64,000 nucleotides of DNA from Octopus vulgaris (taxonomy: Eukaryota), in contig OX597827.1 of assembly GCA_951406725.2 (NCBI GenBank), positions 35,774,001 through 35,838,000 of the forward strand. The letters are read 5' to 3'. Below are positions 36,201 to 49,910 of the stretch, piece after piece. The notes below the pieces were generated by a model. That model was not told the DNA's origin, made no database searches, and saw only the letters and a list, made by a program, of their open reading frames with translations. How positions within the stretch are numbered: position 1 is the stretch's first letter; every line of letters begins with the position of its first letter. The position numbers were made by a program, and so were the translations under genes.

Positions 36201-37657
36201 TAATAATTTAAAGTAGACATGGGAAAGGGCTCAGTATGTCATGGTTAACACTGTGCAGGTATGTGCTGAGGCTGCAGTATCTACTGAGATTCCTGTTTGG
36301 TGAGGTGTTGAGGTCACTGTTTGTAAGGCATGTTTCCTGTAGCTTGTCTCTTTGATGGAGCTGCAGTCCTGCATTGAATAAATTCAAAGATAAAGCACTT
36401 AACATGTAGAATGTTGTCAAGACTGGCACACTCATCTCCTAGTTGAGCATTGTGGCCAGTACTATGTCAACCGTTGCATTCTATTGCGGGTGTGGGTTAG
36501 TGGTGAACAAGATTGACAGGTGTTTGAGGAAGACTTGGGTGTCAATAAGGATCAACTGAAGAGCCTATTCTGAAGAACTTTCTTTCTGAGGATTAATAAC
36601 AACTACCAGAAATCCTTGACCTGGCATTGCCTGTTTGTGATAGCAGATATGGAAATGAGCTGGGCCTTTCCAAGATACATGCAGAGTGATGAAACCATTC
36701 TATATGAATTCATTCAATGCCTGAGAGGTGCTGACCTGTGGATCTTTGTTGAATAGCTGTTGTTGCTTGTAGGACAGGTCTGGAAAACTTCTGAAGCCAT
36801 CATACTGTGCTGATTTTCTTTGGCTGGGAAGAGCCAACAGTTTTCCTTTGTCTGAAAGCTTTGGCAAAAGAGGTTTTATGGTAATCACGCCTAAAAGATC
36901 TGAAAACAAGTGTGTTACTCTTCATCAACTTTTTCAGGTTCCAGTTAGAGAAGAAGATCAGCAGGGAGAGGGAAGTGCTGTCCTCCAGTAAATTTATCAA
37001 AGGTTTGGTAAATTATGGCATATACTTGTTGACCAAGGAATGACAGCTGGAAGAGGGGCTTATTTCTAATAGTTAGAGAAATCCAGAATTTGTGGGGTTC
37101 ATTGATTGGCCCTAGCTGACTCTATTGGCATTATATAATGTCATGAACTGGGTAAACATTCTTTTTCACTTTTTACTTTTTCTTTCTTCATCTATATTCA
37201 TTTAATTTGAATATAAATAACCCCACCCACTTTTTATAACCTGTCTGTGTAATATTCCCTTACTAATGTCTTTGTGGCAAATAAAAGAAATCATCATTAT
37301 CATTGTTATTGTTGTTGTTATACTATAGCTCTTGATTGATAGAAACAATGGAATACCAAATTAAATCAGATACATGCATATACATAGATACATCTACATA
37401 CATACACACATACATAGATACATATACACACATGTACATACATACACACATACACACACACACATACAAACAAACAAACACTTATACAGTTGTTAACTTA
37501 TTATATACAGGCATATATAGTGTGCTAATGATGCATAACAGGACCAGTTGCAAGGTGATTGTTGAAAGAATTAATTGTAAATTGCCCTTCATAAGTGTTC
37601 ACACCTCCAACCAAAGTGAAACTAACAGGGACCATTCAGGGGCAGCAAAATTAAGCT

Positions 37658-37906
37658 ATGCTCCCCAACCAGATGAAATCTCAGACCCACAGAGGAATCC
37701 CTGCTCGTCCAAAGACTAGTGTGACTGAGAGTAGTAAAACAGCAAACCACTCCAAGTCTAATGTTGGCAGAGTCCATTCAGCACCAGTGTGTGAAGCGCG
37801 TTCAATGTTAAGAGGAGATAATAATGACAAACCACCAATACAAACATCAACTGTGGCAAAATTCAACAAGCCATCTGCCAGACTCAACCCAAAAACTATT
37901 GATCCA
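37658..37906 (+). CDS. PACRGL: PACRG-like protein, coding exon 1 (start at 37658 or 37673 uncertain)
   Basis: Ends KPSARLNPKTIDP|GTAAGT, matching PACRGL RPSDKLNPKTINP. Phase 0; in-frame stop at 37652-37654 upstream. Confidence 0.85.
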
Positions 37907-38108
37907 GTAAGTAAAGATATTTTCCTTTGTTTTATGTAATAAATTTTACAGATATTCTGATGTGAGTAAATCTTTTTGTGATCAATGGTTGTTTAGCTGG
38001 GAAATTTCATATATTGCATTGAAATATCATTATGATTCAAAAGCAATTCTGTTATTAAGGAAATTTCTACATAAATGCTTGCTCTTTTAGAAATAGCAGC
38101 TAAATGGT

Positions 38109-38500
38109 GCTGGAGTGGCTGTGTGGTAAGTAGCTTGCTCACCAACCACATGGGTCTGGGTTCAGTCCCACTGCATGGGACCTTGGGCAAGTGTCTTCTA
38201 CTATAGCCTCGGGCCGACCAAAGCCTTGTGAGTGGATTTGGTAGACGGAAACTGAAAGAAGCCCGTCGTATATATGTGTATATATATATATATATATGTG
38301 TGTGTGCGTGTATGTTTGTGTGTCTGTTTGTCCCCCTAGCATTGCTTGACAACCGATGCTGGTGTGTTTATGTCCCCGTCACTTAGCGCTTCGGCAAAAG
38401 TGACTCAGCTTACAAAGAATAAGTCCTGGGGTCGAGTTGCTCGATTAAAGGCGGTGCTCCAGCATGGCCACAGTCAAATGACTGAAACAAGTAAAATAGT
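38109..38500 (+). mobile_element. tRNA-derived CORE-type SINE (further copies ~41838, 44349, 53937)
   Basis: gtggctgtgtggtaag...ggttcagtcccactgc...ccttgggcaagtgtcttctac...gatttggtagacggaaactgaaagaagcccgtcg. Confidence 0.85.
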
Positions 38501-39117
38501 AAAATGTCCTTTATGTTGCACCCTAATATTTTGAAGAAGGGAAAAAAAGGAAAGGGACATGGAATAATGTAATTTTACATACTCTATGCCTTTTATAAAC
38601 ACAGGATGGTCATGGCTTGAATGTCTTTCATTATATGTCACTTCAATCAAGACTAGTCTTGGGTTGAATAACAACAACCTTTGTGTTTATAAGGCTATAA
38701 AGGTTCTGATTCTTAAAAAAAGGACATTATTCAATCTTGTCCTAGATTTTACCTAAAATGACTAAAGGATCATACTGGAACATCCTCTTTCATATGACTG
38801 CTTAGCAAGTTTGGTCTTGAGCACAATATCAAAATACTTCACTAATTGTCCACTAACATTCCTTAATAGCCAACCTTAATCCAAATGATTATTAGGTTCA
38901 TCTACATGTTGATTATTTACCAACGTACTAACCTCAACATTACTTTAACATAGCTACATGTTTAACTACGATCTCATCGTTTGTTTTTAATATAGGGAAA
39001 GTAGTTCTTTCACACTCTAACCAAAATCACTGTTATAGAATATAAGCATTAAATTGGTAAACTGACTTGTTTGATGAAAGACTGTACCTTAATTACACAA
39101 CCTAGGGTATAGATAGT

Positions 39118-39366
39118 GGAGGCATTTGGCTTAGTGGTTAGGGTGTCAGCATCATGATCATAAGATTGTGGTTTTGATTCCTGGACCAGGCAACACGTTG
39201 TGTTCTTGAGCAAAATACTTCATTTCACGTTGCTCCAGTCCACTCAGCTGGTACAAATGAGTAACGCTGCGATGGACTGGCATCCTGTCCATCTGGGGAA
39301 TACATACGCCATAGAAACTGGGAAACCGGGCCCATGAACCTGGCTAGGCTTGAAAAGGGCGCATTT
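39118..39366 (+). mobile_element. tRNA-derived CORE-type SINE
   Basis: tggcttagtggttagg A box, ttgattcc B box, tgtgttcttgagcaaaatactt CORE-like segment. Confidence 0.75.
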
Positions 39367-40072
39367 ATTATTTTTAAGATATGGTTGCATAGTTTATTGT
39401 CATTCAACACCCACTTTTTCCATGCTTTTATGGGTCAGATGTAGTTTGTGGAGACAGGTTTTCCACATCTGGATGCCTTTCCTTTCACCAACCTCCACCT
39501 GTTTCCAAGCAAGGTAATATTTCACCATGTTTTCCATGTGGATCTTTGTTGAATAGCTGTTGTTGCTTGTAGGACAGATCTAGCAAACATCTGAAGTCAT
39601 CATTCATTTTCTTTGGCTGGGAAGAACAGGCAGTTTTCCTTTGCCTCACAGCTTTGGTAAAAGAGATTGTGGTGGTAATCATGCCTAAAACCTCTGAAAA
39701 CAAGCATGTGACTCTTCATCCAACCTTGCTTGTTTGATAACACTTTTCTACAATCAACACATGACGTCAAGACAAGAGTACACATGGCTATAGTAGAAGA
39801 TATTTACCCAGGGCTTGGTGCGATAAGATTAAAATCAAAACCACATAGATTTGATGTGAAATTCTTAAACACTCACTTTTTACCTCATCTTTTACAAGAG
39901 TATATGTATGAAGACATTGCTTTTTTTTAAAAGCTAGTTCTCTTCGTTTAATCATGTCGGATTTTTGACTGCTTATAATAGATACTAGGACATTTATATA
40001 AATTTTTAGAATAATAATTATCACAATTTTCACAGCTTTCTCTGCCAACACTGACTTCTCTTCTATACACAG

Positions 40073-40140
40073 TTCAATACATCTACCAAGAATCAATCAG
40101 TTTTTTCTACAGTCTACATTAATGGTGGCATTCCCTGTTG
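40073..40140 (+). CDS. PACRGL: PACRG-like protein, coding exon 2 (68 nt)
   Basis: cacag|TTC...FNTSTKNQSVFSTVYINGGIPC+TG|gtaagt, matching SAFAAIYSKGGIPC. Phase 0 to 2. Confidence 0.93.
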
Positions 40141-41248
40141 GTAAGTTACACTCCCTTTCTTTGTATGTTCTTTTTAAAAAATGGACTATAAATAAGTCTG
40201 GGAGTGAAAGGAACTTTTGACTTTTGAGACTTTTAAGTGTAACCTTCTTGCTGAAGTCTGAGACATTAAAATATATATTTTTGTTGATCATTTAGTATTG
40301 TATTTATTCTAATAGTCTTAAATTCTTTCAAAAGTCATTGAAAGGTCAATTTACATTTTTATTTTTTTATGTTTTATCTTTCTCCTGTTTAAGTCAGACT
40401 GCAGCCATGTTGGGACACTACCTTGAGCTATTTAGCTGAATGAATGAATTCCAGTGCTTACTCTTTTTAACCCTAGTACTTATTCTGTTGTTCTCTTTTA
40501 GCCAAACCATTACGTTACAAAGACACAAACAAACCAACAATAATTGTCAAGTAGTTGTTGAGAGAATAAACACAAACACATACAATTATTCATTCACGAG
40601 GCATTGGTTGGCCCAGAGGTATCGTAGAAGTTACTTACTCAAGGTGATGTCCCATGAGAATGAATCCAAAACTACATGGTTGCAAAAAGAGCTTCTTTTC
40701 ACAATAAATATAATTACAATTTTTTGTATATTTAATAAAATTTCCTTTAATGAGGCTCTAATAGATTATACTTAATTCAATGTGAACCTCAAATATAAAA
40801 ATGAAGTTCCCATGTTTGCTATTTGTATATATCTGGTTATTTCCTTAATCATCATGTTTGCTATTAACATTCCATTTTAGTACAGTTCTTGGCCACCAGC
40901 CAAAGCATCCTAGGTTCAATCACCATCAGCTGTAGCTAGACAATACCACATATGATGCTTCTGAATTTACTAACCATGGCTTTCATCCTTACTGCTTCTC
41001 TCTTCTCTACCGTTTATCAACTATAAGCTCTTTCTTTCTGTAATTATATATCCATACCACACACACACCTCCCCCTATGTCCATCTCTATACATTGATAC
41101 CCTCTTATACATACACCACCCTGTCTCTTCCTCCTCCCTTCCTAACTCTTCTCCATAGAACCATATTCTCACCTGGATCCTAACCCTTTTTTTTTTCTTC
41201 CTTTCCCACCACCTTTCTTCCTCAATACTTTTACCCATTCATTTATTC

Positions 41249-41285
41249 TTTTCTAATGAAGGACTAATGCCTGAAATGTCAAGAC
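41249..41285 (+). ncRNA. Decayed minimal hammerhead motif
   Basis: ttt-CTAATGA-agg-actaatg-cct-GAAA-tg-TC-aa. One core change (G5 to A). Confidence 0.5.
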
Positions 41286-42073
41286 TCTTCTTCTTCCTTT
41301 TAAGTGTTAAGCTAATACAACATTTGTTAAAACTTGTCCCTCTCATGTTGTCTTCTTTTTCTGCTCATTTTCTAACATATATACTAGGGCCAGCCTTTTT
41401 TTTCTCTATCTAAAAGGGTTTCTATCCCAATATTTACATGCTATTATTTGCAGCTTTATCTACTTCAAGTTTTACAGTTAAAAACAAATTATATATACAT
41501 ATATATACTAAACAAAATACAGATACATGTACAACTAACAGGCCTGGGATTAATCTCAGATTTCCTAACCTATCCATTAAGTGGGTGAAAGAATCGGAAG
41601 TTCCCTTGAACTAGATTCCAGTATTTTGTGGCTGCTATCTATTAGTGGTAAAATGTTAGAATTGTGTATAACTTCCAATCAAATTGGGGCAAAATTCCAA
41701 TCAGGTGCACAAGCCAATAGAACTCCTAGCCATAAATCATTAGTGACACTGGCCTGGCTATATGATGGAGTAAAGTGGCTTAAAAGAATTACAGCCTGTT
41801 GCTGTAATTCAGTATTCTCAGGTACATGCAGGGTTGTAAAGTTCAGAAGATTGCTTCCCAACTGCAGGGTTTCGGGTTTAGTCTCACTGCATGGCACCTC
41901 TACCGTAGCCCTTGGCTGACCAAAGCATTGTGAGTGAATTTGTTAGGGGGTAACTACTTGGAAGCCCATCCTGTGTGTGTGCATCGTGTTTATTTGTATG
42001 TGTGTGTATATATACCTATATATGTGTGTATATACATACACAAAATGTATATACACACACACACACATATATA

Positions 42074-42585
42074 TCAGGTCAACCACTACAGCTTCATGAG
42101 ACCTGGTAAGTCAATTACAGCGGATGTATACATCAACCAATTGGATGAAATGATGAATGTACTTGCAATTAAACAACCAATTTTGGTCAATAGAGACAGG
42201 CCTATTCTCTTGCAAGTCAATGCTCGATCACATTTTGCACAAAAAACGCTACTCAAGTTACAGGAACTGAACTTGAAAGTACTCTGTCATCCACCATATT
42301 CACCAGACCTTGCACCAACTGACTATCATGTTTTCCAAGCATTAGACAACGTTTCGCAAGGGAAAAACTTCAAATCTGAAGAAGATGCAAAAGCAGCCTT
42401 TCATGATTTCATCACCTCTTGCTCTTCAAAATTCTTTGCTGCTGGCATAAATAAGCTACCGATAAAATTGCAACATTGTGTTGATGATTTAGGTGCATAC
42501 TTTCATTAACTGCATTGCTTTTTGTTGAGATAAAGTAAAATAAACTTTCAGTTCAAAATCGGAAATTTCGTTTTTAATGACCTGA
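42074..42585 (+). mobile_element. Internally deleted mariner element in a PACRGL intron
   Basis: TA|TCAGGTCA ... TGACCTGA|TA termini; LLQVNARSH and HPPYSPDLAPTDYHVF. Confidence 0.92.
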
Positions 42586-44097
42586 TATATGTATGTGCGT
42601 GTATATGAGGAGATGGATGGATACGTGTGTGTGTGTGCCTTCATGCTTGTGTTTTCCCACCACTACCACTTGACTACTGTTTTAAATTTTTTTTTTTTTT
42701 TACATCACCCATAACCTAGCAGTTTGACAAAGGACATCAGTAGAATAAGTCCCAGTCTTAAAAGTAAGTCATTTCTTCAATTAAACCCTTCTGGGTCGAT
42801 TTCTTCGACTAAGGCCCTTAAGGCAATGCTCCAGTATGGCCACAGTCCAATGACTGAAACAATGAATAAAGACGGAAAAAAGATCAGAAATAAACGGAAA
42901 TGTCATAATTAGAGAGAACATGCGGTGTTAACTGACATTATTGTTTAGCTGAGGAAGCAAGGGAGGCAACTTGATGGATATTACCTGTATTGACCAGGAT
43001 CGTACATAACTGCAACAGGGGAGACAATCGATGAACGATTGAATTCTGAGTGATAGCAGACAGAGGTAGGATTAGCAATGATAGAAACCAGACAGATGAA
43101 GGACAAAAGTAGAACTGACTGAAGACACAGGTGGAGACAAGTAATTCTTAAACAAGCCAATAAGGCAGTTTCTGTGTAATCATTCAACCTGCTACATATG
43201 GCAAATGTCTTTCAAATTATACCCTGTGTTTTAATAGAGAATGCAACTGACAATGTGATCCCTGATACAAAAGACACATTAAATAATGGTGTCTTAGAAA
43301 CTTGTCAAAAGATTGGATGGTAACTACTGGAGTGCTGTCGATCATAAGCTTGCATGATTAGGGCTGACCTGACACTAAACCATAGGCTGTTCTTACATAC
43401 CATACGAAACATTTTAATAAAACCATGCCTGTCAGATTGATATGGTGATTTAAAAGGACAGCAATTAGTGTGCCTTTCAGAGATGTAATTGCAGGCAAAT
43501 GACTTGACCTGAGATTGCATTAAGCAATTACAACATGGAATACTTAACTAGTTCTTCAAAAACACAGCAAAGATTATTAACTTCACTCAAACATTTATTA
43601 TTTAGATGCAACAAAAATTTTGATACTAGAAAATAAATGTTTAAGAGACATTAACTGTCTTTGTGCATTTTTGAAATATGATATTTCCATTAATTATCAT
43701 CATCATCATCGTCGTTGTTTAATGTCCGCTTTCCATGTTAGCATGGATTGGACGGTTTGACTGTGGGCTGACAAACCAGATGGCTGCACCAGGATCCAGT
43801 CTTGATCTGGCAGAGTTTCTACAGCTGGATGCCCTTCCTAACGCCAACCACTCCGAGAGTGTAGTGGGTGCTTTTACATGCCACTGGCACGGGGGCCAGT
43901 CAGATGGTACTGGCAACGACCTCGCTCGAATTTTTTTTTTACACATGCCAACGGCACAGGTGCCAATAAGGCAATGCTGGTAACGATCCCACTCGAATGG
44001 TGCCTCCTACATGCCACCGGCACGGAAGCCAGTTAGCTGCTCTGGCAATGATCATTATAGAAATTGATAACCACAAAGATGATGATTCTTCCTTTAA

Positions 44098-44217
<120 letters not shown>

Positions 44218-44589
44218 TGAATTTATTTCTCCTTTGTGTCTTTAGTTCATTTTGTCTTTACCCTTCACTGTTAAGAACTTACTGAGGAACTGTCTTCATT
44301 GTCCTCCTCATTTATACACGCATACATATATATATATATATATATACAGGATTGGCTGTGTGTTAAGATGTTTGCTTCGAAACCACATGGTTCCAGGTTC
44401 AGTCCCACTGCATGGCACCTTGGGCAAGTGTCTTCTACTATAGCCTCGGGCTGACCAAAGCCTTGTCAGTAGATTTCATAGACAGAAACTGAAAGAAGTC
44501 CGTTGTGTGTGTATATATATATATATATATGTATGTTTTTGTTATTTTCATCATCATCATCATTATTGTTATCAGCATCAGCAGTAGCA

Positions 44590-45472
44590 AAGTGGCAAGC
44601 AGCCAGAATCATTAGCACGCCATACTAAATGGTTTGCAGTTTCTAATATGTCTTTACATTACAAGTTCAAATTCCATCAAGGTTGACTTTTCTTCTCATT
44701 CTTTCTGGATCAAAAAAAAATGAGAAGCAGTTGTGTACTATTATCAGTGTCATTGATTTGCCCCTCCCCACAAAACTTCAGGCCTTGTGTCTGAAATTTT
44801 CTACAGTTGAAAGAATTATTACTATTGTTATCATTATTATCAAGGTGGCGAGCTGGCAGCATCGTTAGCATGCTGGACAAAATGCTTAGCAGTATGTGGT
44901 CACTATATTCTAAGTTCAAATTCTGCTGAGGTTGTTGACTTTTCCTTTCATCCTTTCAGGGTCGATGAAATAAGTACCAGTCATGCACTGGGGTCAATGA
45001 AATTGAATAACCCCCTCCCAAAAAATTTCACGCCTTGTGCCAATAGTAGAAAGGATCGTTATTATTATTATTATTATTATTATTATTGTGGCAAGCTGGC
45101 AGAATCATTAGCACACCAGACAAAATACTTAGTGGCATTTCATGTTTTTATGTATCAGGTTCAAATGCTGCTGCTGCTGAGATCAACTTTGCTTGTCATC
45201 CTCTGAAATTTCTACCCTTCTGCCAAAATTTGAAACCATTACTTTTATTATTATTATTATTATTATTAAGGCAGAATTGTTACTGCTCTGGACCAAATAT
45301 GTTGTGGCATTTCTTCTGGCTTTGTGTTCTGAGTTCAAATGCCATTGAGGTTGACCTTACCCTTCCAGGTCAAGTCAATAAAACAAGTACCAGTTGAACA
45401 CTGAAGTTATTGTTATTGACTAATTTACTCTCACCAAAATGTTAGGCCTTGTGCTTGTAGTAGAAAGGATTA

Positions 45473-45500
<28 letters not shown>
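44590..45500 (+). mobile_element. Head-to-tail array of four tRNA-SINE copies with (TAT)n spacers
   Basis: Heads at ~44590, 44842, 45087 and 45268. Confidence 0.85.
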
Positions 45501-45504
<4 letters not shown>

Positions 45505-45657
45505 TAATTGACCTGCTGTATTTAACAAGTAATTATTTATTGACCAACTTCATAAAGGACAAAAGTTGTTAAGAGAATACGGTGCTGGTGATGATCTTAG
45601 AATTAAACGGAACAACACTGTTTCAAATATTCTTTTCTGTTGATTCTGTTTCACCAG

Positions 45658-45792
45658 GGTCTTAGAGAAACTGTGCACCCTTACAGATTTGTTGCCAAAC
45701 AAGGGTTCAAGGAGCTGCTAGACATACCCGAAGCAGATCAGAAATGTATTGCTGTTCTACCAAAGTTAATACAGCCTCTCCGGGCTGCTCTA
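45658..45792 (+). CDS. PACRGL: PACRG-like protein, coding exon 4 (135 nt)
   Basis: ccag|GLRETVHPYRFVAKQGFKELLDIPEADQKCIAVLPKLIQPLRAAL|gtgagt, the ParcG domain motif GLRET.HPY.F. Confidence 0.96.
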
Positions 45793-45873
45793 GTGAGTAT
45801 TTTATTTTTTAAATCCCTTACTACTACTACTATTATTATTATTACTACTAATAATAATGATAATAATACTTTA

Positions 45874-46076
45874 AAGGCACAAGGCCTGAAATTTGTAGGG
45901 AGGGGACTAGTTGATTATATCGACACCAGTATTTCACTGGTACTTAATTTATCAGCCCCGAAAGAATGAAATGCAAAGTCGACCTTGGCAGCATTTGAAC
46001 TCAGAACATAAAGACAGATGAAATGCTGCTAAGCACTTTACCCAGCACACTAACAATTCTGCCAGCTCACTGCCTT
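45874..46076 (-). mobile_element. tRNA-SINE copy, antisense, just downstream of exon 4
   Basis: Reverse complement of the unit in the 44590-45500 array. Confidence 0.85.
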
Positions 46077-46817
46077 AAATAATAATAATGATAATAATCC
46101 TATCTACTATAGAGACAAGACCTGCTGGTTTGTTGCTCTGAGACATATGTTGCAAGCAAAATAGTTTAAAAACACTCAGAACTACCAATATCAACCTCAT
46201 AATTCTTGAAATTACCTCAGAGTGTTCAAATCTATTTGAAAGCCTTTGTGTTTAATGATTTCTTGAGAGTTCACTCTGACACATCTTCATTGCTATCTTC
46301 TCTCTTTGTTCCAACTGGGACAACCATGTATCTTCCTTGTATCAAGATATTTGTTCCTATGCCTCTATCATACTTTAACCTCTATCATCTAGCATACCTC
46401 CCTCAATCTTACACCCCATTCAATTGAAGGGTCTCGTCTTGCAAATTACTTGATGACCTTATGTAAAGTGGTTAATGTTAGGAAGGGCATCCAGCAGTAG
46501 AAACCATGCTAAGGGAGTTTGGTTCAGTCCTCTGGCTCACCAGCCCCTGTCAAACTGTCCAATCCATCCCAGTATAGAAAACAGACAATAAATGATGATG
46601 ATGACGATCATCATCATCAAAATAGTATTGTTGAGAGAGTCAGCATAATTATCTTATACTGATAGCTATTCTATCAACCCCTGAGGATAATGCAGAAATA
46701 TTAAATTTTGACTCCCTTAAGTTATTTGGTATCTTGATATATTACTTTGTTTTAATTCCACCCTGAAATGCTGATAAAACTGTTGTATTTTTTTTTTCTC
46801 TCTTTTCTCTTTTCTAG

Positions 46818-46925
46818 ACTCATCGTGACGATAATGTATTTGAGAATGGACTAGAAGCACTCAGGCAGATTAGTGCCACAACTAAAGATGCCCTTAATAT
46901 CCACCTGAAATCATTTCTGCTTGCT
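46818..46925 (+). CDS. PACRGL: PACRG-like protein, coding exon 5 (108 nt)
   Basis: Long pyrimidine tract, ctag|THRDDNVFENGLEALRQISATTKDALNIHLKSFLLA|gtaggt. Confidence 0.94.
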
Positions 46926-47836
46926 GTAGGTTCATTTGATTTTGTGTTTTTCTTTCTTTGGTATATATGCATTTACACACACACACACACATCTTTAGTC
47001 AATCAGTCAGTCCATCCCTTGCATGTTTGCACAGCATGTAGCAGATCCCCTCCAGTGTTCTTAATGGGTTGTGCTCTATGTTTTCCCACTGTCTGTTGAC
47101 AGCTTTAGGTTCAGTGCTATATAGCCCATGGTCTTCCCCTACTTCCTCCTGCTGATGTTCATCAACCATCTGTCTGCTGCAACATGTGATCAGCCAATCA
47201 CGTTCTTTGTTGCATTATTATGTCTTAGAATCTTGGTGACAATATTCTTCTGTTTGCATGTTGTGTCATAATGACATCAATACAACACATGGCAGGTGGG
47301 TATCATATGTCTTTAGCTGAAGTCTAATTTTCCAGCAAATCAAAGAATGATCCATGTCACAGTCAGCTCTCTAGAAGAATCAAATCATAAGCACATATCT
47401 CAAGTGGCAGCGTTTAGTGAGTATCAGGTCAGTGGGTACCAATGTCTGAAGTGGGAAAGTCTCCAAGATACTTTATGCTGATCTTCATTTTGGATGTAAT
47501 TGTTAGTGACAAACAATCCATAGAGTGTGCAAAACTCAAGCAACTGTTTGTCTGTTGTCATGCTTGTTGTCCCCGGAAGCTTGGCCAGAAGTCATGATCG
47601 GTACCCACTTTAGCACTTAAGTTGCCTATCTGAATTATCCTTGAGAGTTAGTCATAGAATTTGTCTTTTGTAGAGTTGGAGGTCTAGGCATAGACACTGT
47701 TGACAGATCTGTCAAATGTATGGAGTTAAAGTGAAAACAATTTATCTGGTCCTGCTTTCATTGGGCTTCACTATCTTCAGTAGTGAGTTTCTAAACCCTT
47801 TTCATACCAGAAAATAATATAGTCCTTCTCATTTAA

Positions 47837-48040
47837 CCCTTTCGTTACTGTATTTATTTTGAGATGCTCTCTGTTTCTCTCAATTACTTTAAATACAACA
47901 AAGAATTTAGTAAAATAACTTAGTTATCATTCAGCTAATGTTAGGAACATAAATTGTGACTAAGGTTTGGTGGAAGATATTAATACAAAACTTATGAAAA
48001 CAAGACAGAGCCGGTTTCAGGCGGGTTGGTAATGAAAGGA
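47837..48040. mobile_element. piggyBac-like MITE
   Basis: TTAA|CCCTTTCGTTAC ... GTAATGAAAGGA|TTAA. Confidence 0.7.
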
Positions 48041-48881
48041 TTAAAGTTCCTGATTCTGCAACATATTTTTTGTTGTATTTCAACGCCCACATATATTTTA
48101 GTAGTTCATTGTTAATCACTGCTATCTTTCACGTGTCACTGATTTTCAAGAGATTATCAAATAGTCTAGTGGTCATGGTTTGTATATTCCAGCATTCTAA
48201 ACTGTGTGCTAGCTTCTTCTTTTGTTTTCTTGTATTCTTAGTGCAATACATACCATTCGTTGAGGCAAACAGACTGTGGGAGGAGCATCTAATTGGCTGG
48301 GATCTGCCCAGCTTGAGACAGGTGATAACTACCTCCATCAAAAGCTGCCCTTAGCACTTAGCTCAACACCAATTTGAGAGCATGCTTATAACTGGTAGAT
48401 GTTGCTTTCCATGTTGTGCCACTGCAGTTAGGTGACACTAGAGTGTTCCACACCAAGACACAGCACCATGTATGATTGGTTAGTATGGGAGAATAGCAGT
48501 TTATGCAGCATATCTTTCCTCTCCACACCACTAATGTTCTCCAACAGAAGCACAAGGATCAGTACAACTTGTCACTAGTGTTGTTGCAGAAGTCGCCAGA
48601 ACAATGTTGAGAACATTGGGGTGTCTAAAAGGTTTCAGCTCCCGATTTTTTTTCTTAGAATTCTCTTCAGGAAGAACACCTGGCTCAAAAAGTTCCATCC
48701 TACCTGTGCCAGTATAGAAAAGCAGACATATAAATGATGATGTTATTTACATATACATATATATATATGTGTATATATATATATATATATATAAATAGAT
48801 GTATGTATTTTTCCCTTGTTAATCACTATACATATCCATTATTTTCTGTTAAAATGTTTTATTGACGAGTTTCATTTCTTC

Positions 48882-48970
48882 ACTTCCTTGAAGAGAAGAT
48901 TACATTGTTTTACACCATTTTATTCCTTTGGAATAATACCAGTGATATCTTCAAAACATGTGTCAGAAGT
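48882..48970 (+). ncRNA. Decayed type I hammerhead motif
   Basis: acttcc-TTGAAGA-gaagat...atcttc-AAAA-catgtg-TC-agaagt. Stems I and II are largely retained; the core has transitions. Confidence 0.55.
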
Positions 48971-49379
48971 AAAAGAATTTGAATAACACCTGCGTTTAAC
49001 ACCATTTATTTATTTATATATATATATATATTGAAGGTTCGTAAGTATATTACAATTCCAGCTGGAAAGGCAATTACTACTAGTTTCAAATACAAAGGTC
49101 TGGACCTTCTTCAGGTTGTGAGGTTGGACAAGGGAATTCAGAATTTTCTTCCAGGAATTGTCATATATTTTTGACTATCCACTACATTCACCTCTATACC
49201 CCCAGTATATAAGAATGCTCTTTACTTTGGATTTACCAACCCAGTATCATAATATACACCTATACAAAAAGGTACAAGAGTAAAGGTGATGTTTTAGATA
49301 GAAGTAATTACACGAGTATCAAATTGTTAGACCAGGTCATGAAAGTTACAGAAAGAGTTTAGAGCCTAATTAGTTAAGA

Positions 49380-49910
49380 AGCTAATTAGGTTAGATAAGA
49401 CGCAATTTGATTTTGATTCAGAGAGAGGTACAACTAATGCCCTCATTCTTGTGAGACAATTGCCAGAAAAGTACTTAGCTAAAATTAAACCATTGTACTT
49501 GGACTTTGTTGACCTGGAGAAAATTTCAACAAAGTCTTTTGTTCTGTATCTGGCGGTCTCTGAGGAAGCTAGGTCCAAACAAATGGTATGTGAAAACCAT
49601 ACAAGCTGTGTAAAGGGTTGCTGTCAGTAAGGTGAGGGTCACTGACAAGTACAGCGATGTATGTATATAAAGTACAGATAAGCTTTTACCAGAGCTCAGT
49701 TCAGGGCTCATAACAAGAATTTGAGATCGGTTGTCCTTGTGAACTATTATGTGCTAAGGACCTTGTCCTTATATCAGAATCTATGATAGAATTAGAAAGA
49801 AATTCCCGGTGTGGAAACAAAACTCAGAATCTAAAGGCCTTAAAGTTAATGTGGTAAAGAGTTCTAGCCAGCAGGAAAACAGACAAGACTCTTCTCTCTG
49901 CAGGAAAATA
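49380..49910 (+). mobile_element. Decayed RTE-clade RT fragment
   Basis: QF.F...RGT.NA.ILVRQL.EKYLAK.KPLY..FVDLEK.F; later ELL.A.DLVL. Confidence 0.75.

Noticed and set aside
36715-36925. Segment duplicated at ~39535-39720 (similarly 53400-53560 / 59420-59580 and the 50562-50720 tandem pair)
   Set aside because: They look like ordinary decayed repeat copies, with no splice or coding signal.
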